Assembly (NCBI GenBank): GCA_039932055.1
Contig: JBDTQT010000001.1
Coordinates: forward strand, 2,418 to 66,417
Direction of reading: 5' to 3'
Source: Thermoanaerobaculia bacterium
GTDB lineage: Bacteria; Acidobacteriota; Thermoanaerobaculia; Multivoradales; JAGPDF01
Length of the DNA: 64,000 nucleotides
Both the position numbers and the translations under genes were made by a program. Below the pieces are notes generated by a model that worked only from the letters and a program-made list of their open reading frames with translations, did no database searches and was not told where the DNA came from. How positions within the stretch are numbered: the stretch's first letter is position 1; each line of letters starts with the position of its first letter. Shown here piece by piece: positions 40,370 through 50,687 of this stretch.

Positions 40370-40969
40370 ATGGAACTCGCTCACGCCGACCGCAGCATCC
40401 TGGTAGTGATCGACCTGCAGGGGAAGCTGGTCGACAAGGTCTATCGCTCTCCGCTCGTCCTCGCCGCGACCCATCGCCTGCTCGAGCTCGCGCAGCTGTT
40501 CAGTGTGCCGGTCGTGTTGACCGAACAATACCCGCGCGGGCTCGGCCCCACGCATCCGGAGCTGCTCGCGCGCTTCGACGCGCCGCCGGTGCCGAAGCGG
40601 CGGGTGGAGAAGGGCGCCTTCGGCTGCTACGGCGATCCCGCTTTCGAGGCGGCGCTCGCCGCGGTGCGACCCGGCCTCGCCGCCAGCGATCGTCAGCTCG
40701 TGGTGGCCGGTATCGAGGCGCACGTCTGCGTCATGCAGACCGTGCTCGAGGCCCGGCGCCTGGGGCAGGACGTCCATCTCTGCTGGGAGGCCGTCTCGGG
40801 CCGCGGAGCGGAACATCGCCACTGGGCGCTCGAGCGTATGCGCCAGGCGGGAGCGGTGGTGAGCAACCTCGAGTCCGTGGGCTTCGAGTGGGCGCGCCAC
40901 AAAGACCATGCCCAGTTCAAGGCGATGTCGGCGCTGTTCAAGCAGGGGCAGTTGGGCGGCGACGACTGA
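40370..40969 (+). CDS. Isochorismatase-family cysteine hydrolase (YcaC-like)
   Basis: ILVVIDLQ (catalytic Asp) and GIEAHVCVMQT (catalytic Cys). Start trimmed to the internal ATG. Confidence 0.75.
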   Translation: MELAHADRSILVVIDLQGKLVDKVYRSPLVLAATHRLLELAQLFSVPVVLTEQYPRGLGPTHPELLARFDAPPVPKRRVEKGAFGCYGDPAFEAALAAVRPGLAASDRQLVVAGIEAHVCVMQTVLEARRLGQDVHLCWEAVSGRGAEHRHWALERMRQAGAVVSNLESVGFEWARHKDHAQFKAMSALFKQGQLGGDD

Positions 40970-40989
40970 CGGCTCTTTGGAAGTCAAGA

Positions 40990-41030
40990 AAGATTGACAA
41001 AATGTAAAGCTACCTTTACTCTTTCGTTCG
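40990..41030 (+). promoter_or_regulatory. AT-rich sigma70-like promoter candidate (TTGACA -35, TACTCT at 17-bp spacing)
   Basis: Low-GC island gattgacaaaatgtaaagctacctttactct ~45 nt upstream of the 41074 ORF. Confidence 0.3.
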
Positions 41031-41073
41031 CCGCGGAGATTGTCTCCCTGGCCCGCTCGAAGGAGCCCTCTCG

Positions 41074-41427
41074 ATGAAACGTTCGTTTCGAAAACTGTCG
41101 CCGCCGCTGCTGCTGGCGACTGGGGTGATCGTCGCGGCAGCGCTCCGGCTCGCTGCGCCGCACGAGGCGTGGAGCGTACTGGCAGCTCCGTTCGTTCTGG
41201 TTCTGGCGCTCGTTGCCGCCGATCTCTTGCAGGCGCATCTCGGCTCTGGCCCGATGCGGGTCTCCTCGGGAGCCCTGCTTGTGGGGGTGGCAATCCTCGT
41301 CGCCTCCGCCGCGATCGCTGCGCAAGGCCTCGCTCACCTCGGCAGCTGGATTCCGATCTTCGGCGGCTGCGCGGCCGCACCCCTTTTCCTGCGCCACGGG
41401 GAGGGGCCACGGTGCTCGCTCGACTGA
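41074..41427 (+). CDS. Hypothetical small membrane protein (3-4 TM)
   Basis: Hydrophobic helices throughout. Its stop overlaps the rhodanese start (TGATG). Confidence 0.45.
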   Translation: MKRSFRKLSPPLLLATGVIVAAALRLAAPHEAWSVLAAPFVLVLALVAADLLQAHLGSGPMRVSSGALLVGVAILVASAAIAAQGLAHLGSWIPIFGGCAAAPLFLRHGEGPRCSLD

Positions 41428-41753
41428 TGGGACTCGATACCCTCGCGCCCCGGGCGCTCCACCAGCGGATGCAGGACGACCGAATCACGGTCTTCGACGT
41501 CAACTCCCGCGGCAGTTGGCTCGCGGCGCGCATTCCGGGAGCGCGCCATCTCGATTTTGTGACGATCCGGGAGAGCGACCTGCCGGCGGAGCGCAGCCGC
41601 ACGCTCGTCTTCTACTGCTCGAACCCGCTGTGCAGGAAGGCACCGCTCGCGGCCCGCCAGGCGCGAAAATTGGGCTTCACCGCGGTGTTCGTCCTCTCGG
41701 CGGGGATCTCGGGCTGGGTCGCAGCTGGTCTGCCCACGGAAGCGGGAGCCTGA
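41427..41753 (+). CDS. Single-domain rhodanese-like sulfurtransferase
   Basis: RITVFDVNSRGSWLAARIPGARHL with the active-site loop FYCSNPLCRKA (C-X5-R). Confidence 0.75.
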   Translation: MGLDTLAPRALHQRMQDDRITVFDVNSRGSWLAARIPGARHLDFVTIRESDLPAERSRTLVFYCSNPLCRKAPLAARQARKLGFTAVFVLSAGISGWVAAGLPTEAGA

Positions 41754-41884
41754 GGGTGCCGGGGACTCCCTCTCTGCCGCCCGGGAGAACGCAGCGACTG
41801 CGCTCGCAGGAGCAGGCTGCGCCGGGTTGCGACGGCTTCCATACGGCGCGCGACCTCCGGAACGCAGGCCGCTTCCGCTTCTGG

Positions 41885-42244
41885 ATGATTCTCGCGGCGG
41901 TCGCCTACGTAGCCTCGACGGCGGCGCTACGTTGGCGCGAGTCGATCCCCGAGATCTCCCCCGCGGTGCAGTGGATCCTCGTCGGCGCTGCCCTGTTGTG
42001 CGCGGTCGCGGCTCTTCACCGTTACCTGCTCTTCCTCCGCGCGGCCGACGAGCTCTTGCGCCGAATCCAACTCGAAGCCCTCGGTCTCGGCTTTGCCGCG
42101 GGTGTGGTCGTCGCGGTCCTCTACCCGTTGGCCGAAGGGCTCGGCGCGCCGCCGGTCGGCGAGCGCGCGATCGCGGTGGTCATGCTTCTCGCCTGGGCCG
42201 CTGGCTCATGGCTCGCCACACGGCGATTCTCGGACGGCGCATGA
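41885..42244 (+). CDS. Small membrane protein (DUF2975-like) partnered with a YozG-type regulator
   Basis: 3-4 TM helices. Its stop overlaps the downstream HTH gene start (ATGA). Confidence 0.5.
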   Translation: MILAAVAYVASTAALRWRESIPEISPAVQWILVGAALLCAVAALHRYLLFLRAADELLRRIQLEALGLGFAAGVVVAVLYPLAEGLGAPPVGERAIAVVMLLAWAAGSWLATRRFSDGA

Positions 42245-42459
42245 GGAATCGCCTGCGCGTGCTGCGCGCCGAAAGCGGCTGGTCGCAGGCCGACCTCGCT
42301 CTGCGGCTCGGCGTTTCGCGTCAGACCGTCAACGCCATCGAAACTGGCCGCTACGACCCGAGCCTGCCGCTCGCTTTCGCCATTGCGCGGCTCTTCGGTC
42401 TAGCCATAGAACAGGTCTTCGATCCCGGCGACGAACGCGTTCCCGCGCTCACCGGATGA
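42241..42459 (+). CDS. HTH XRE-family transcriptional regulator (YozG-like, 72 aa)
   Basis: LRVLRAESGWSQADLALRLGVSRQTVNAIETGRYDPSLPLAFAIARLFGLAIEQVF matches the YozG family. Confidence 0.8.
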   Translation: MRNRLRVLRAESGWSQADLALRLGVSRQTVNAIETGRYDPSLPLAFAIARLFGLAIEQVFDPGDERVPALTG

Positions 42460-42688
42460 TCGAGATCGCCACCCGCGAGGAGGTTGTCCGCCCGGCCATC
42501 GGCGGGCCGTCTCGCGGCTCCGTCGCGTCGGCACGGGAGACGATGCGCTTGTGCTGGCGAAAGAGCAGCGCCGCCCTTTCGGGCGGTACCTCTTCCCGAT
42601 GACAGTGCGACACTGAGGACCGGAGCCCGACTCCGCCCGAACGGTCGCGGCGCTCACAATGCCGGCTCATCTCGAGGAGGAAATCAAC

Positions 42689-43684
42689 ATGAAATGGCGC
42701 ACTACAATGCTGGCGCTTCTGCCGCTCGGCTTCGCCGCCGTCGCCGTGTCGCAGCCGGCCGACGAACCGATTCAACCGATCCGCCCGGCCGAGGTCACTC
42801 GCCCGGCAGTCGTCGAGCTCGGCAAGAAGCTCTTTTTCGATCCCCGCCTCTCGAAGTCGGGTTTCATCTCCTGCAACTCCTGCCACAACCTGAGCATGGG
42901 CGGCTCGGACAACCTGCAGAGCTCGATCGGCGACCACTGGCAGCGCGGACCGATCAACTCGCCGACCGTGCTCAACTCGAGCATGAGCCTGGCGCAGTTC
43001 TGGGACGGCCGGGCGAAGGACCTGAAGGATCAGGCCGGCGGCCCGATCGCCAATCCCGGTGAAATGGCCTTCAGCCACCCGCTGGCGATCGAGGTCATCG
43101 CCTCGATTCCGCAGTACCGCGAAGAGTTCGCGCGCGCTTTCGGCCCCGGGGCCGTCGACATCGGACGGGTGACGGAGGCGATCGCCGCCTTCGAGGAGAC
43201 TCTGGTGACGCCCAACTCCCGCTTCGACCGCTGGCTGCAGGGAGACGCGAAGGCAATCACGACCGAGGAGCTCGCCGGCTACCAGCTTTTCAAGGACATC
43301 GGTTGCGTGCGCTGCCACAACGGGCCGGCGGCGGGGGGCACATCGTTCCAGAAGATGGGCGTCGTGCAGGCTTACGTGACGACCAATCCGGCCGCGGGCA
43401 GGGTCGGTGTGACGCACGACGAGTTCGATCGCATGCGCTTCAAGGTTCCGACGCTGCGCAACGTCGAGCTCACTTATCCCTACTTCCACGATGGCGAGGC
43501 GAAGACGCTCTCCGACGCGGTCGAGACCATGGGGCAGCTGCAGCTCGGCAACACCTTCACGCCGGAGGAGAACGCCTCGATCGTCGCCTTCCTGAAGTCG
43601 ATGACCGGCGACCAGCCGCGCTTCGAGATGCCGATCCTGCCGCCGTCGACGCCGGAGACGCCGCGCCCGGTGCCGTTCAGCTGA
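42689..43684 (+). CDS. Di-heme cytochrome c peroxidase (CCP/MauG family)
   Basis: AGGAGG SD. Signal peptide. Two heme motifs, CNSCHN and CVRCHNG, plus the conserved PTLRNV and FHDG segments. Confidence 0.85.
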   Translation: MKWRTTMLALLPLGFAAVAVSQPADEPIQPIRPAEVTRPAVVELGKKLFFDPRLSKSGFISCNSCHNLSMGGSDNLQSSIGDHWQRGPINSPTVLNSSMSLAQFWDGRAKDLKDQAGGPIANPGEMAFSHPLAIEVIASIPQYREEFARAFGPGAVDIGRVTEAIAAFEETLVTPNSRFDRWLQGDAKAITTEELAGYQLFKDIGCVRCHNGPAAGGTSFQKMGVVQAYVTTNPAAGRVGVTHDEFDRMRFKVPTLRNVELTYPYFHDGEAKTLSDAVETMGQLQLGNTFTPEENASIVAFLKSMTGDQPRFEMPILPPSTPETPRPVPFS

Positions 43685-43832
43685 CAGCGTCCCGCCGCGG
43701 AGTCGTCCAGCCGAAAGGCCCACGGCAGGGTACCGAGGCCTCGGCCGCCCGGCAGGATCGTCGTCGGGTGGTCGAGGAATCGGTAAACTGTCATCCTTTT
43801 TCAAGTAGGCGCAAGAGAGACGAGAGGCCCCG

Positions 43833-45071
43833 ATGCCGTTCGATGCCACCGCTTGCCAGCAGGCCCGCCTGCAGTTCCCCGCCCTTGCCCGCCGGCAGGG
43901 TGGGCAGCCGATCGCCTTCCTCGACGGACCGGCGGGGTCGCAAATGCCGGCGCCGGTGATCGACGCCATTTCCGGCTACTACCGCGAAGCGAACGCCAAC
44001 ACCCACGGCCAGTTCGCCACCGCGCAACGCTCCGACGAGCTGTTGCACGCCGTGCGGGAGAAGGCGGCCGCCTTTCTCGGCGCCGCGAGCTGGCGCTCGA
44101 TCTCCTTCGGCGCCAACATGACGACGCTGTCCTTCGCTCTCGCCCACGCTGTCGGTCGCGCCTGCTCTCCGGGCGACGAAATCGTCGTCACCCAGCTCGA
44201 TCACGAGGCCAATCGCGGGCCCTGGCTGGGGCTCGCCGAACGGGGCCTGGTGATCCGCGAGGTCGCCCTCCTGGCGGACGGCACCCTCGACGCCGCGAGT
44301 CTCGCGGCCGCGATCGGGCCGCGCACGCGTCTGGTGGCGATGGGGCTCGCTTCCAACGCCCTCGGCACGGTCAACGACGTAGCGAGGGCCCGGGAGCTGA
44401 CCCGCGCCGTCGGCGCTTGGCTGCTGCTCGACGCGGTGCACTATGCGCCGCATTTCGCGGTCGACGTCGCCGCGATGGATCCCGACTTCCTGCTCTGCTC
44501 GGCCTACAAGTTCTACGGCCCGCACGTCGGCCTGCTCTACAGCCGGCCGGGCCTCCTCGATACGCTGGCGACCGATCGCCTGCGCACGCAAGATCCCTCG
44601 GCGCCGTTCCGGATCGAGACCGGCACGCTGAATCATGCCGCCCTCGTCGGCGTCGGCGCGGCGATCGACTTCCTGGCGTCGTGGGGCCGCGGCGACGACC
44701 TGCGCCAGCGTCTGGTCGACGCCATGGCCGGAATCGGAGAGTGGGAGGGGGCGCTCGCCCGGCGTTACGGGAGCGCGGTGCAGGCGATTCCGGGCGTCAC
44801 CGTGCACGGCCCGGCGTTCGCAAGCGGCCCGCGCGCGCCGACGGTCTCGATCACCCTGGCCGGTGTTCCGGCGGAGGTCGTGGCCCGCCGGCTCGGCGAG
44901 CGTGGCATCCAGGTCTGGGACGGCGACTTCTACGCCTTGCGCGCGGTCGAAGTTCTAGGCCTCGCGGGTGTCGGCGGCCTGCTACGCACCGGCTTCCTGC
45001 TCTATAACACCCCCGAAGAGGTCGACCGGCTGCTGGCCGGGCTCTCGGAGATCGCGGCGAGCGCCGGCTAA
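43833..45071 (+). CDS. Aminotransferase class V-fold PLP-dependent enzyme (cysteine desulfurase-like)
   Basis: PLP-lysine context SAYKFYGPHVGLLY and overall SufS/CsdA-like layout. No clear C-terminal catalytic Cys, so not called a desulfurase. Confidence 0.8.
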   Translation: MPFDATACQQARLQFPALARRQGGQPIAFLDGPAGSQMPAPVIDAISGYYREANANTHGQFATAQRSDELLHAVREKAAAFLGAASWRSISFGANMTTLSFALAHAVGRACSPGDEIVVTQLDHEANRGPWLGLAERGLVIREVALLADGTLDAASLAAAIGPRTRLVAMGLASNALGTVNDVARARELTRAVGAWLLLDAVHYAPHFAVDVAAMDPDFLLCSAYKFYGPHVGLLYSRPGLLDTLATDRLRTQDPSAPFRIETGTLNHAALVGVGAAIDFLASWGRGDDLRQRLVDAMAGIGEWEGALARRYGSAVQAIPGVTVHGPAFASGPRAPTVSITLAGVPAEVVARRLGERGIQVWDGDFYALRAVEVLGLAGVGGLLRTGFLLYNTPEEVDRLLAGLSEIAASAG

Positions 45072-45116
45072 AGGCTCCTGGCGGCGCTGTGCGCGGCCCG
45101 GAATTGCCGCCGGATC

Positions 45117-45419
45117 TCAGCGGTCCGTGGTGGCCCGCTGGTACTGCTCGATGAGCTCGCGGATGCGGCGCGCGTCGCTCTTGGTGTGGCCGTGGCTGTC
45201 GATCGGATTGCTCCCGCCGCTCGAATCGATGCGGATCTCGGAGAACAGCAAGCCGGTAATGATCTGCACGGAGGCGACGTTCGGGATCGCGATGCTCTCC
45301 TCCGTGCTGCCGATCCATTTCGGCTTGATGCGCGCCACCCGGTCCGGACTCACCTCGATGCGGGTGGGGAAGATGCGATTGCCCTGGGTCCAGCGGCTGG
45401 CGGAGAACGATTCGGTCAT
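45117..45419 (-). CDS. Small soluble PH-like (bPH/GRAM-like) hypothetical protein, 100 aa
   Basis: MTESFSASRWTQGNRIFPTRIEVSPDRVARIKPKWIGSTEESIAIPNVASVQIITGLLF. Sits in-frame at the C-terminus of a spurious 768-aa ORF. Its ATG overlaps the upstream membrane-protein stop (ATGA). Confidence 0.45.
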   Translation of the reverse strand: MTESFSASRWTQGNRIFPTRIEVSPDRVARIKPKWIGSTEESIAIPNVASVQIITGLLFSEIRIDSSGGSNPIDSHGHTKSDARRIRELIEQYQRATTDR

Positions 45420-47239
45420 GGGGCCTCCACTGCCGAGTCTATCGCCGCCGCCGGCGCGCCGGCGCGCAGGCGATCGCGCAGCCAGGCGGCGCGATGCAGA
45501 GTGGGATCTTCCACCAGCCGCCTTTCGACGTCGGCGAGGGCCAGGGCGCGATACTCCTGACTGTCGCTGGCGCGGGCGAGTGTGGCCGCGGTGTCCTCGG
45601 GCTGGATGGCGGCGTACTCGGCGGTCAGTAACGGTCGATTCTTCGCCCGCGCGCGGTCGAGGAAGAGCAAGACCTCGTCGTCCCAGTAGACCAGCGCCCA
45701 CAACGCCGCGGGAAAGAGCGCCGCGTTGGGCGTCTGTCGGGCGACAACGACCGTCCTGCCGGTGGCGGGATCGGTGGCGAAGACCGGCCGCGTCCGGTCC
45801 TCGTATCGCACCAGCGCCCCGGTCGCGCCGCGCCGCCGCAGGAACCTCTGCCAGTTCTCGGCGCCAGTCCGGGCCACTTCGATCTCGCGCAGCAGGCCCG
45901 GCTCGAGCTCCATGCGGCCATCGAGAAACACCTGGCGAGGTGGATAGAGCCGCCAGAGGAGATATCCGCCGTGCGCGAGCTCGTTGTAGAGCGGGCCGAT
46001 GCCGGGGTGCCGCTCCAGCCAGTTCGCCGCGGCCTCGGGGAAGCGATGCGGAGCGATGCCGCGCGAGAGCTCGAAGCGGCCCTGCCGCGGGGCGAGCGGC
46101 CCGGTCGCCGGCGGGTGGAGACACCAGGCCGCGAGCAGCAGGCAGAGGAGAGCCGCGCCTGCCGCCGGCCAGAACGAGCTCGCGCGACGGCCGATCTGTA
46201 GCGTGGCCTGCGGCGCGGCTGCCCGGCGCAGCGCGAGCGTCTCGGCGGCGAGGAAAACGCCAGCGATGAAGAACAGCGCCTGGTGGCGGACGGCGGTCAG
46301 GGCCAGGATCGCGAGCCCGCCGGTCACCAGTCCAGTCGGCAGATGAACCCGCCGGAAGCGAACCGCCGTGTCGGCCACCAGCGCCAGCAGGGCCGCCATC
46401 CCGGCGAAGAGCATCGGCTGCGGCGCGCGCCAGGCGGGCAGCCACTCCGGATTGATCGCGGAGAGATCCGTCAGCGCGCCGGTGATGCCCACTGACACCG
46501 CGAAGATTCTGACGCCGTAGGGATTGAGCAGCATCGCGGCGGCGAGGCTCGCCGGCGTCGCGAGCGCCCGGCGCCAGCTGCCCGCGCCGGAGGCACGGTC
46601 GTTCGCCGGCGCGAGCGCGACACCCAGGAGGTAGGCGCCGGCGACGACCGGCGCCAGCAGCGCCAGGCCGTGGAAGTTCGTCCAGACGGCGGCGAGGAGC
46701 GCCAGGGCGACCAGCGTGCGGCGGCGGCGTGCCGCGTCTCCGTTCACCAGCCGCCGCAACAGGATGAGCTCGATCGTCAGCGCGAGAAACGTCAGGAGCT
46801 CCGGCCGCACGAGGAATCTCGGCCGCGCCCCCAGAAGAGCGATTGCGGTGAGCGCGACCGCTACGGCAACCGCGCCGCCGGTCCGCCGGACGGCGGCGAA
46901 AAGCAGCCCGGCGAGCGTCAACACCAGCACCGCGCGCAGGGCGATCAGTGCGTCGAGTCCGCCGAGCCGCTCGACGGCGCTCACCAGCAACTGGAAGAGC
47001 CACTCGTGGTCGACCCAGGGGAGCCCACCGCCGACAGCGAAGCGAAACGGGTCGAGGCGCGGCAGCGCGAGGTTCTCCACCATGAAGCGGCCGCTCGCCA
47101 GATGCCAGAAGAGGTCGGTCGCGCGCAGGCTGAAGAGGCTGGCCGCAACCGCCAGCAGGCCGAGACCGAGAATCGCCAGGCGGTCGGCGGCGGCGAGGCT
47201 GGCGCCCGGGGAGCTGGCGAGCGGCGGTCGTGAGGTCAC
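45416..47239 (-). CDS. Polytopic membrane protein, GT-C-like (ArnT/PMT-style) putative glycosyltransferase, 607 aa
   Basis: ~11 N-terminal TM helices with a DP..PWVDHEW first-loop motif, and a ~200-aa C-terminal soluble domain. Chosen over the overlapping 768-aa R/P-rich frame. Confidence 0.55.
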   Translation of the reverse strand: MTSRPPLASSPGASLAAADRLAILGLGLLAVAASLFSLRATDLFWHLASGRFMVENLALPRLDPFRFAVGGGLPWVDHEWLFQLLVSAVERLGGLDALIALRAVLVLTLAGLLFAAVRRTGGAVAVAVALTAIALLGARPRFLVRPELLTFLALTIELILLRRLVNGDAARRRRTLVALALLAAVWTNFHGLALLAPVVAGAYLLGVALAPANDRASGAGSWRRALATPASLAAAMLLNPYGVRIFAVSVGITGALTDLSAINPEWLPAWRAPQPMLFAGMAALLALVADTAVRFRRVHLPTGLVTGGLAILALTAVRHQALFFIAGVFLAAETLALRRAAAPQATLQIGRRASSFWPAAGAALLCLLLAAWCLHPPATGPLAPRQGRFELSRGIAPHRFPEAAANWLERHPGIGPLYNELAHGGYLLWRLYPPRQVFLDGRMELEPGLLREIEVARTGAENWQRFLRRRGATGALVRYEDRTRPVFATDPATGRTVVVARQTPNAALFPAALWALVYWDDEVLLFLDRARAKNRPLLTAEYAAIQPEDTAATLARASDSQEYRALALADVERRLVEDPTLHRAAWLRDRLRAGAPAAAIDSAVEAP

Positions 47240-47311
47240 GCGGCGCCATTGTACGCGGGCCGTGGTCGCCGCCGCTGTCGGCCAACTGGGCGGACCGGAC
47301 CGGGGGGGCCG

Positions 47312-48565
47312 CTATTCCCAGCGCAGGGCTTCGATCGGCGCGAGCTTCGAGGCTTTCATGGCCGGCCACATGCCGAAGGTGAGGCCGACGACGGTGCAGA
47401 AGAGGAGACCGTTGACCGCCCACTCGACCGGTACGTGGACGGGGAAGCCGGTGAAGATCGTCACCAGATTACCGAGCGCGAAACCGATAAGGACGCCGAG
47501 CACGCCGCCGAAGTTGCACAGCAGGATCGCTTCGAGCAGGAACTGCGCGAGTACGGCCTTGCGCTTGGCGCCGAGCGCCTTGCGGATGCCGATCTCGCGC
47601 GTGCGCTCGGTCACCGAGACCAGCATGATATTCATGATGCCGATGCCGGCGACGACCAGCGCGATGATGCCGATGACGAAGGCGCCGAGCTTGACGCCGC
47701 GCGTCGCCTTGTTGAACTGCTTGATCTGGCTGTCGTTGGTGAAGAGGTCGAAGTTGTCGTCCTCGCCGGGCTTGACGCCGCGCTGCACCCGCAGCACCGC
47801 ACGGGTCTCCTGGATCGCCTCGTCGAGGAGCTGCGGAGTGAGCGCCCGCACCGTGATGTTGACCGAGCGCTCGCGGTTGCCGTCGCTGTCGCGCCAGCCG
47901 TAGGTGCGGATCCAGGAGGTGATCGGAATCAGGATGTAGTTGTCGAAGTTGCCCCCGGTGGCCGACTTCTTTTCCTCGAAGACGCCGACGACGGAGTACT
48001 TGTGACCGTCGACCTTGATCTCCTGGCCGATCGGATCGATGAACGGAAAGAGCTGGTCGGCAATCGCGTAGCCGATCACCGCGACCCGGCGCAGAACGCG
48101 CACGTCCTCATCCGAGAGGTTGCGGCCCAGGCCGACGAGATGGGTGTTGTTCGGAGCGTACTGTCCGTCGCCACCGACCACCCAGAGGCTCGACTCGGTC
48201 TTCTCCCCCTTGTAGCTCGCCTCGGCGCCGAAACGCCAGAGCTCGGCGCCGACGAGGTCGACGCTCTTGACCTTCTCGCGGATCGCCATGGCGTCCTCGA
48301 CGGTGACCGCGGGCCGGGCCTGGATCTTGCGGAAGTCGCGGTTGCCCGGGCCGAAGTTGCCCGCCGGAAACTTCTGCACCTGGAAGGTCTGCGTGCCGAG
48401 CACGGAGAGTTCGCTCTCCATGGTCGACTGGATCACCGAGATGCCCGTCATGACGGCGATGATCGAGGCGACGCCGGCGACGATGCCCACCAGGGTGAGG
48501 ACCGAGCGCAGCTTGTTGGCGCGGATCGCCTCGAGCGCCATCGCCAGGGTTTCGCGAAGTCTCAT
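47312..48565 (-). CDS. ABC transporter permease, FtsX/MacB family
   Basis: MacB-type N-terminal TM (ALEAIRANKLRSVLTLVGIVAGVASIIAVM), a large periplasmic domain, and C-terminal FtsX TM helices. Confidence 0.8.
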   Translation of the reverse strand: MRLRETLAMALEAIRANKLRSVLTLVGIVAGVASIIAVMTGISVIQSTMESELSVLGTQTFQVQKFPAGNFGPGNRDFRKIQARPAVTVEDAMAIREKVKSVDLVGAELWRFGAEASYKGEKTESSLWVVGGDGQYAPNNTHLVGLGRNLSDEDVRVLRRVAVIGYAIADQLFPFIDPIGQEIKVDGHKYSVVGVFEEKKSATGGNFDNYILIPITSWIRTYGWRDSDGNRERSVNITVRALTPQLLDEAIQETRAVLRVQRGVKPGEDDNFDLFTNDSQIKQFNKATRGVKLGAFVIGIIALVVAGIGIMNIMLVSVTERTREIGIRKALGAKRKAVLAQFLLEAILLCNFGGVLGVLIGFALGNLVTIFTGFPVHVPVEWAVNGLLFCTVVGLTFGMWPAMKASKLAPIEALRWE

Positions 48566-48611
48566 GCCGGTATCTCCTGGTCTCGGGTCATGATCTCGAG
48601 GACTCTCGGGC

Positions 48612-49850
48612 TCATTCGTAGCGCAGCGCGTCGATCGGATCGAGGCGCGAGGCGCGATAAGCGGGGGCGACGCCGGCGCCGATCCCGGTGATCGTCGAGA
48701 CCAGCAAGGCCACGAGGACGATCCCCGGCGAGATGCTCGCCGGCATCAGTGTGCGGTTGATGATCTCGGTGACCCCGATGGCGAGCAGCAGGCCCATCAG
48801 CCCGCCGATGAGACAGATCGCCGCCGACTCGAAGAGAAACTGCACCAGAATCGCCCGCTTCCGGGCGCCGATCGCCTTGCGGATGCCGATCTCGCGCGTA
48901 CGCTCGGTGACCGAGACGAACATGATGTTCATCACGCCGACGCCGCCGACGAAGAGCGAGATGCCGGTGATGGCGATGCCGATCAGCAGTACGACGCCCA
49001 TGACGTTGTTGAACATCTCGAGCAGCGAGTCCATCTTGTTGATCGAGAAGTCGTCCTTGTCGCCCGGCGCGAGCTTGCGCACCTTGCGCATCTCGCCGAC
49101 CACCTCGTATTCGAAGTCGCCGACCGGCATCGCCGGCGGCGCTTTGACGGCGATGTCGATATTGCGCTGCGCACCGCCGAAGGTCTTGGCGAACGTGGTG
49201 ATCGGCACGAAGACCTGCGAGTCGAAGTCCGGGCCGCCGAAGAAGCCGGCGCTGCCCTGCTTTTCCATCACGCCGATCACCCGGAAAGTGGCGCGCCCGA
49301 TCTTCATCTCCTTGTTGAGCGGATCGACCCCGGCAAACAGGCGGGTGCGGATCTCGGAGCCGATGACGCAGACGGACCGATTCGCCTGGACGTCGAAAGG
49401 AGTGAGGAAGCGGCCGGTCTCCGGCACCGAGGTCGACACCAGCATCTGCTTGTCGGTGGTGCCGATGACGTCGACGTTGTCGATCGTCTCCGAGGCGTAC
49501 TTGACGTTGCGTTGGGTGTGGGTAGTGGGGTTGATGGCGGCGGCGGAAGGCAGCCGGCTCGCCAGCCGCTCGACCTCGCGCAGGCTCACCGGCGGCCGGT
49601 TGCGGAAGTCGAAGAAATTGCCGCGCATGATCCACGGCATGCGCGAGACGTAGACGACGTCGGTGCCCAGAGCCGAGACGCTCTCGCGGAAGTTGTTGGC
49701 GAGACCGTTCGCGGCGGTCATCGTGGTGATGACGCCGAGCACGCCGATGACGATGCCGAGGGTGGTGAGGACGCCCCGCGCCTTGTTGGCCCGGATCGCC
49801 CCGACGGCGATGCGCACGGCTTCGATCGTGTCCTGGCCCCGGCGCCGCAT
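48612..49850 (-). CDS. ABC transporter permease, FtsX/MacB family (second copy)
   Basis: Same architecture (AIRANKARGVLTTLGIVIGVLGVITTM ... TEIGIRKAIGA). Confidence 0.8.
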   Translation of the reverse strand: MRRRGQDTIEAVRIAVGAIRANKARGVLTTLGIVIGVLGVITTMTAANGLANNFRESVSALGTDVVYVSRMPWIMRGNFFDFRNRPPVSLREVERLASRLPSAAAINPTTHTQRNVKYASETIDNVDVIGTTDKQMLVSTSVPETGRFLTPFDVQANRSVCVIGSEIRTRLFAGVDPLNKEMKIGRATFRVIGVMEKQGSAGFFGGPDFDSQVFVPITTFAKTFGGAQRNIDIAVKAPPAMPVGDFEYEVVGEMRKVRKLAPGDKDDFSINKMDSLLEMFNNVMGVVLLIGIAITGISLFVGGVGVMNIMFVSVTERTREIGIRKAIGARKRAILVQFLFESAAICLIGGLMGLLLAIGVTEIINRTLMPASISPGIVLVALLVSTITGIGAGVAPAYRASRLDPIDALRYE

Positions 49851-49859
49851 CGCTCTCTC

Positions 49860-50683
<824 letters not shown>

Positions 50684-50687
<4 letters not shown>

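Noticed and set aside
42449-43969. 506-aa minus-strand ORF antisense to cytochrome c peroxidase
   Set aside because: No motifs. The plus strand has two CxxCH heme sites, a signal peptide and a strong SD.
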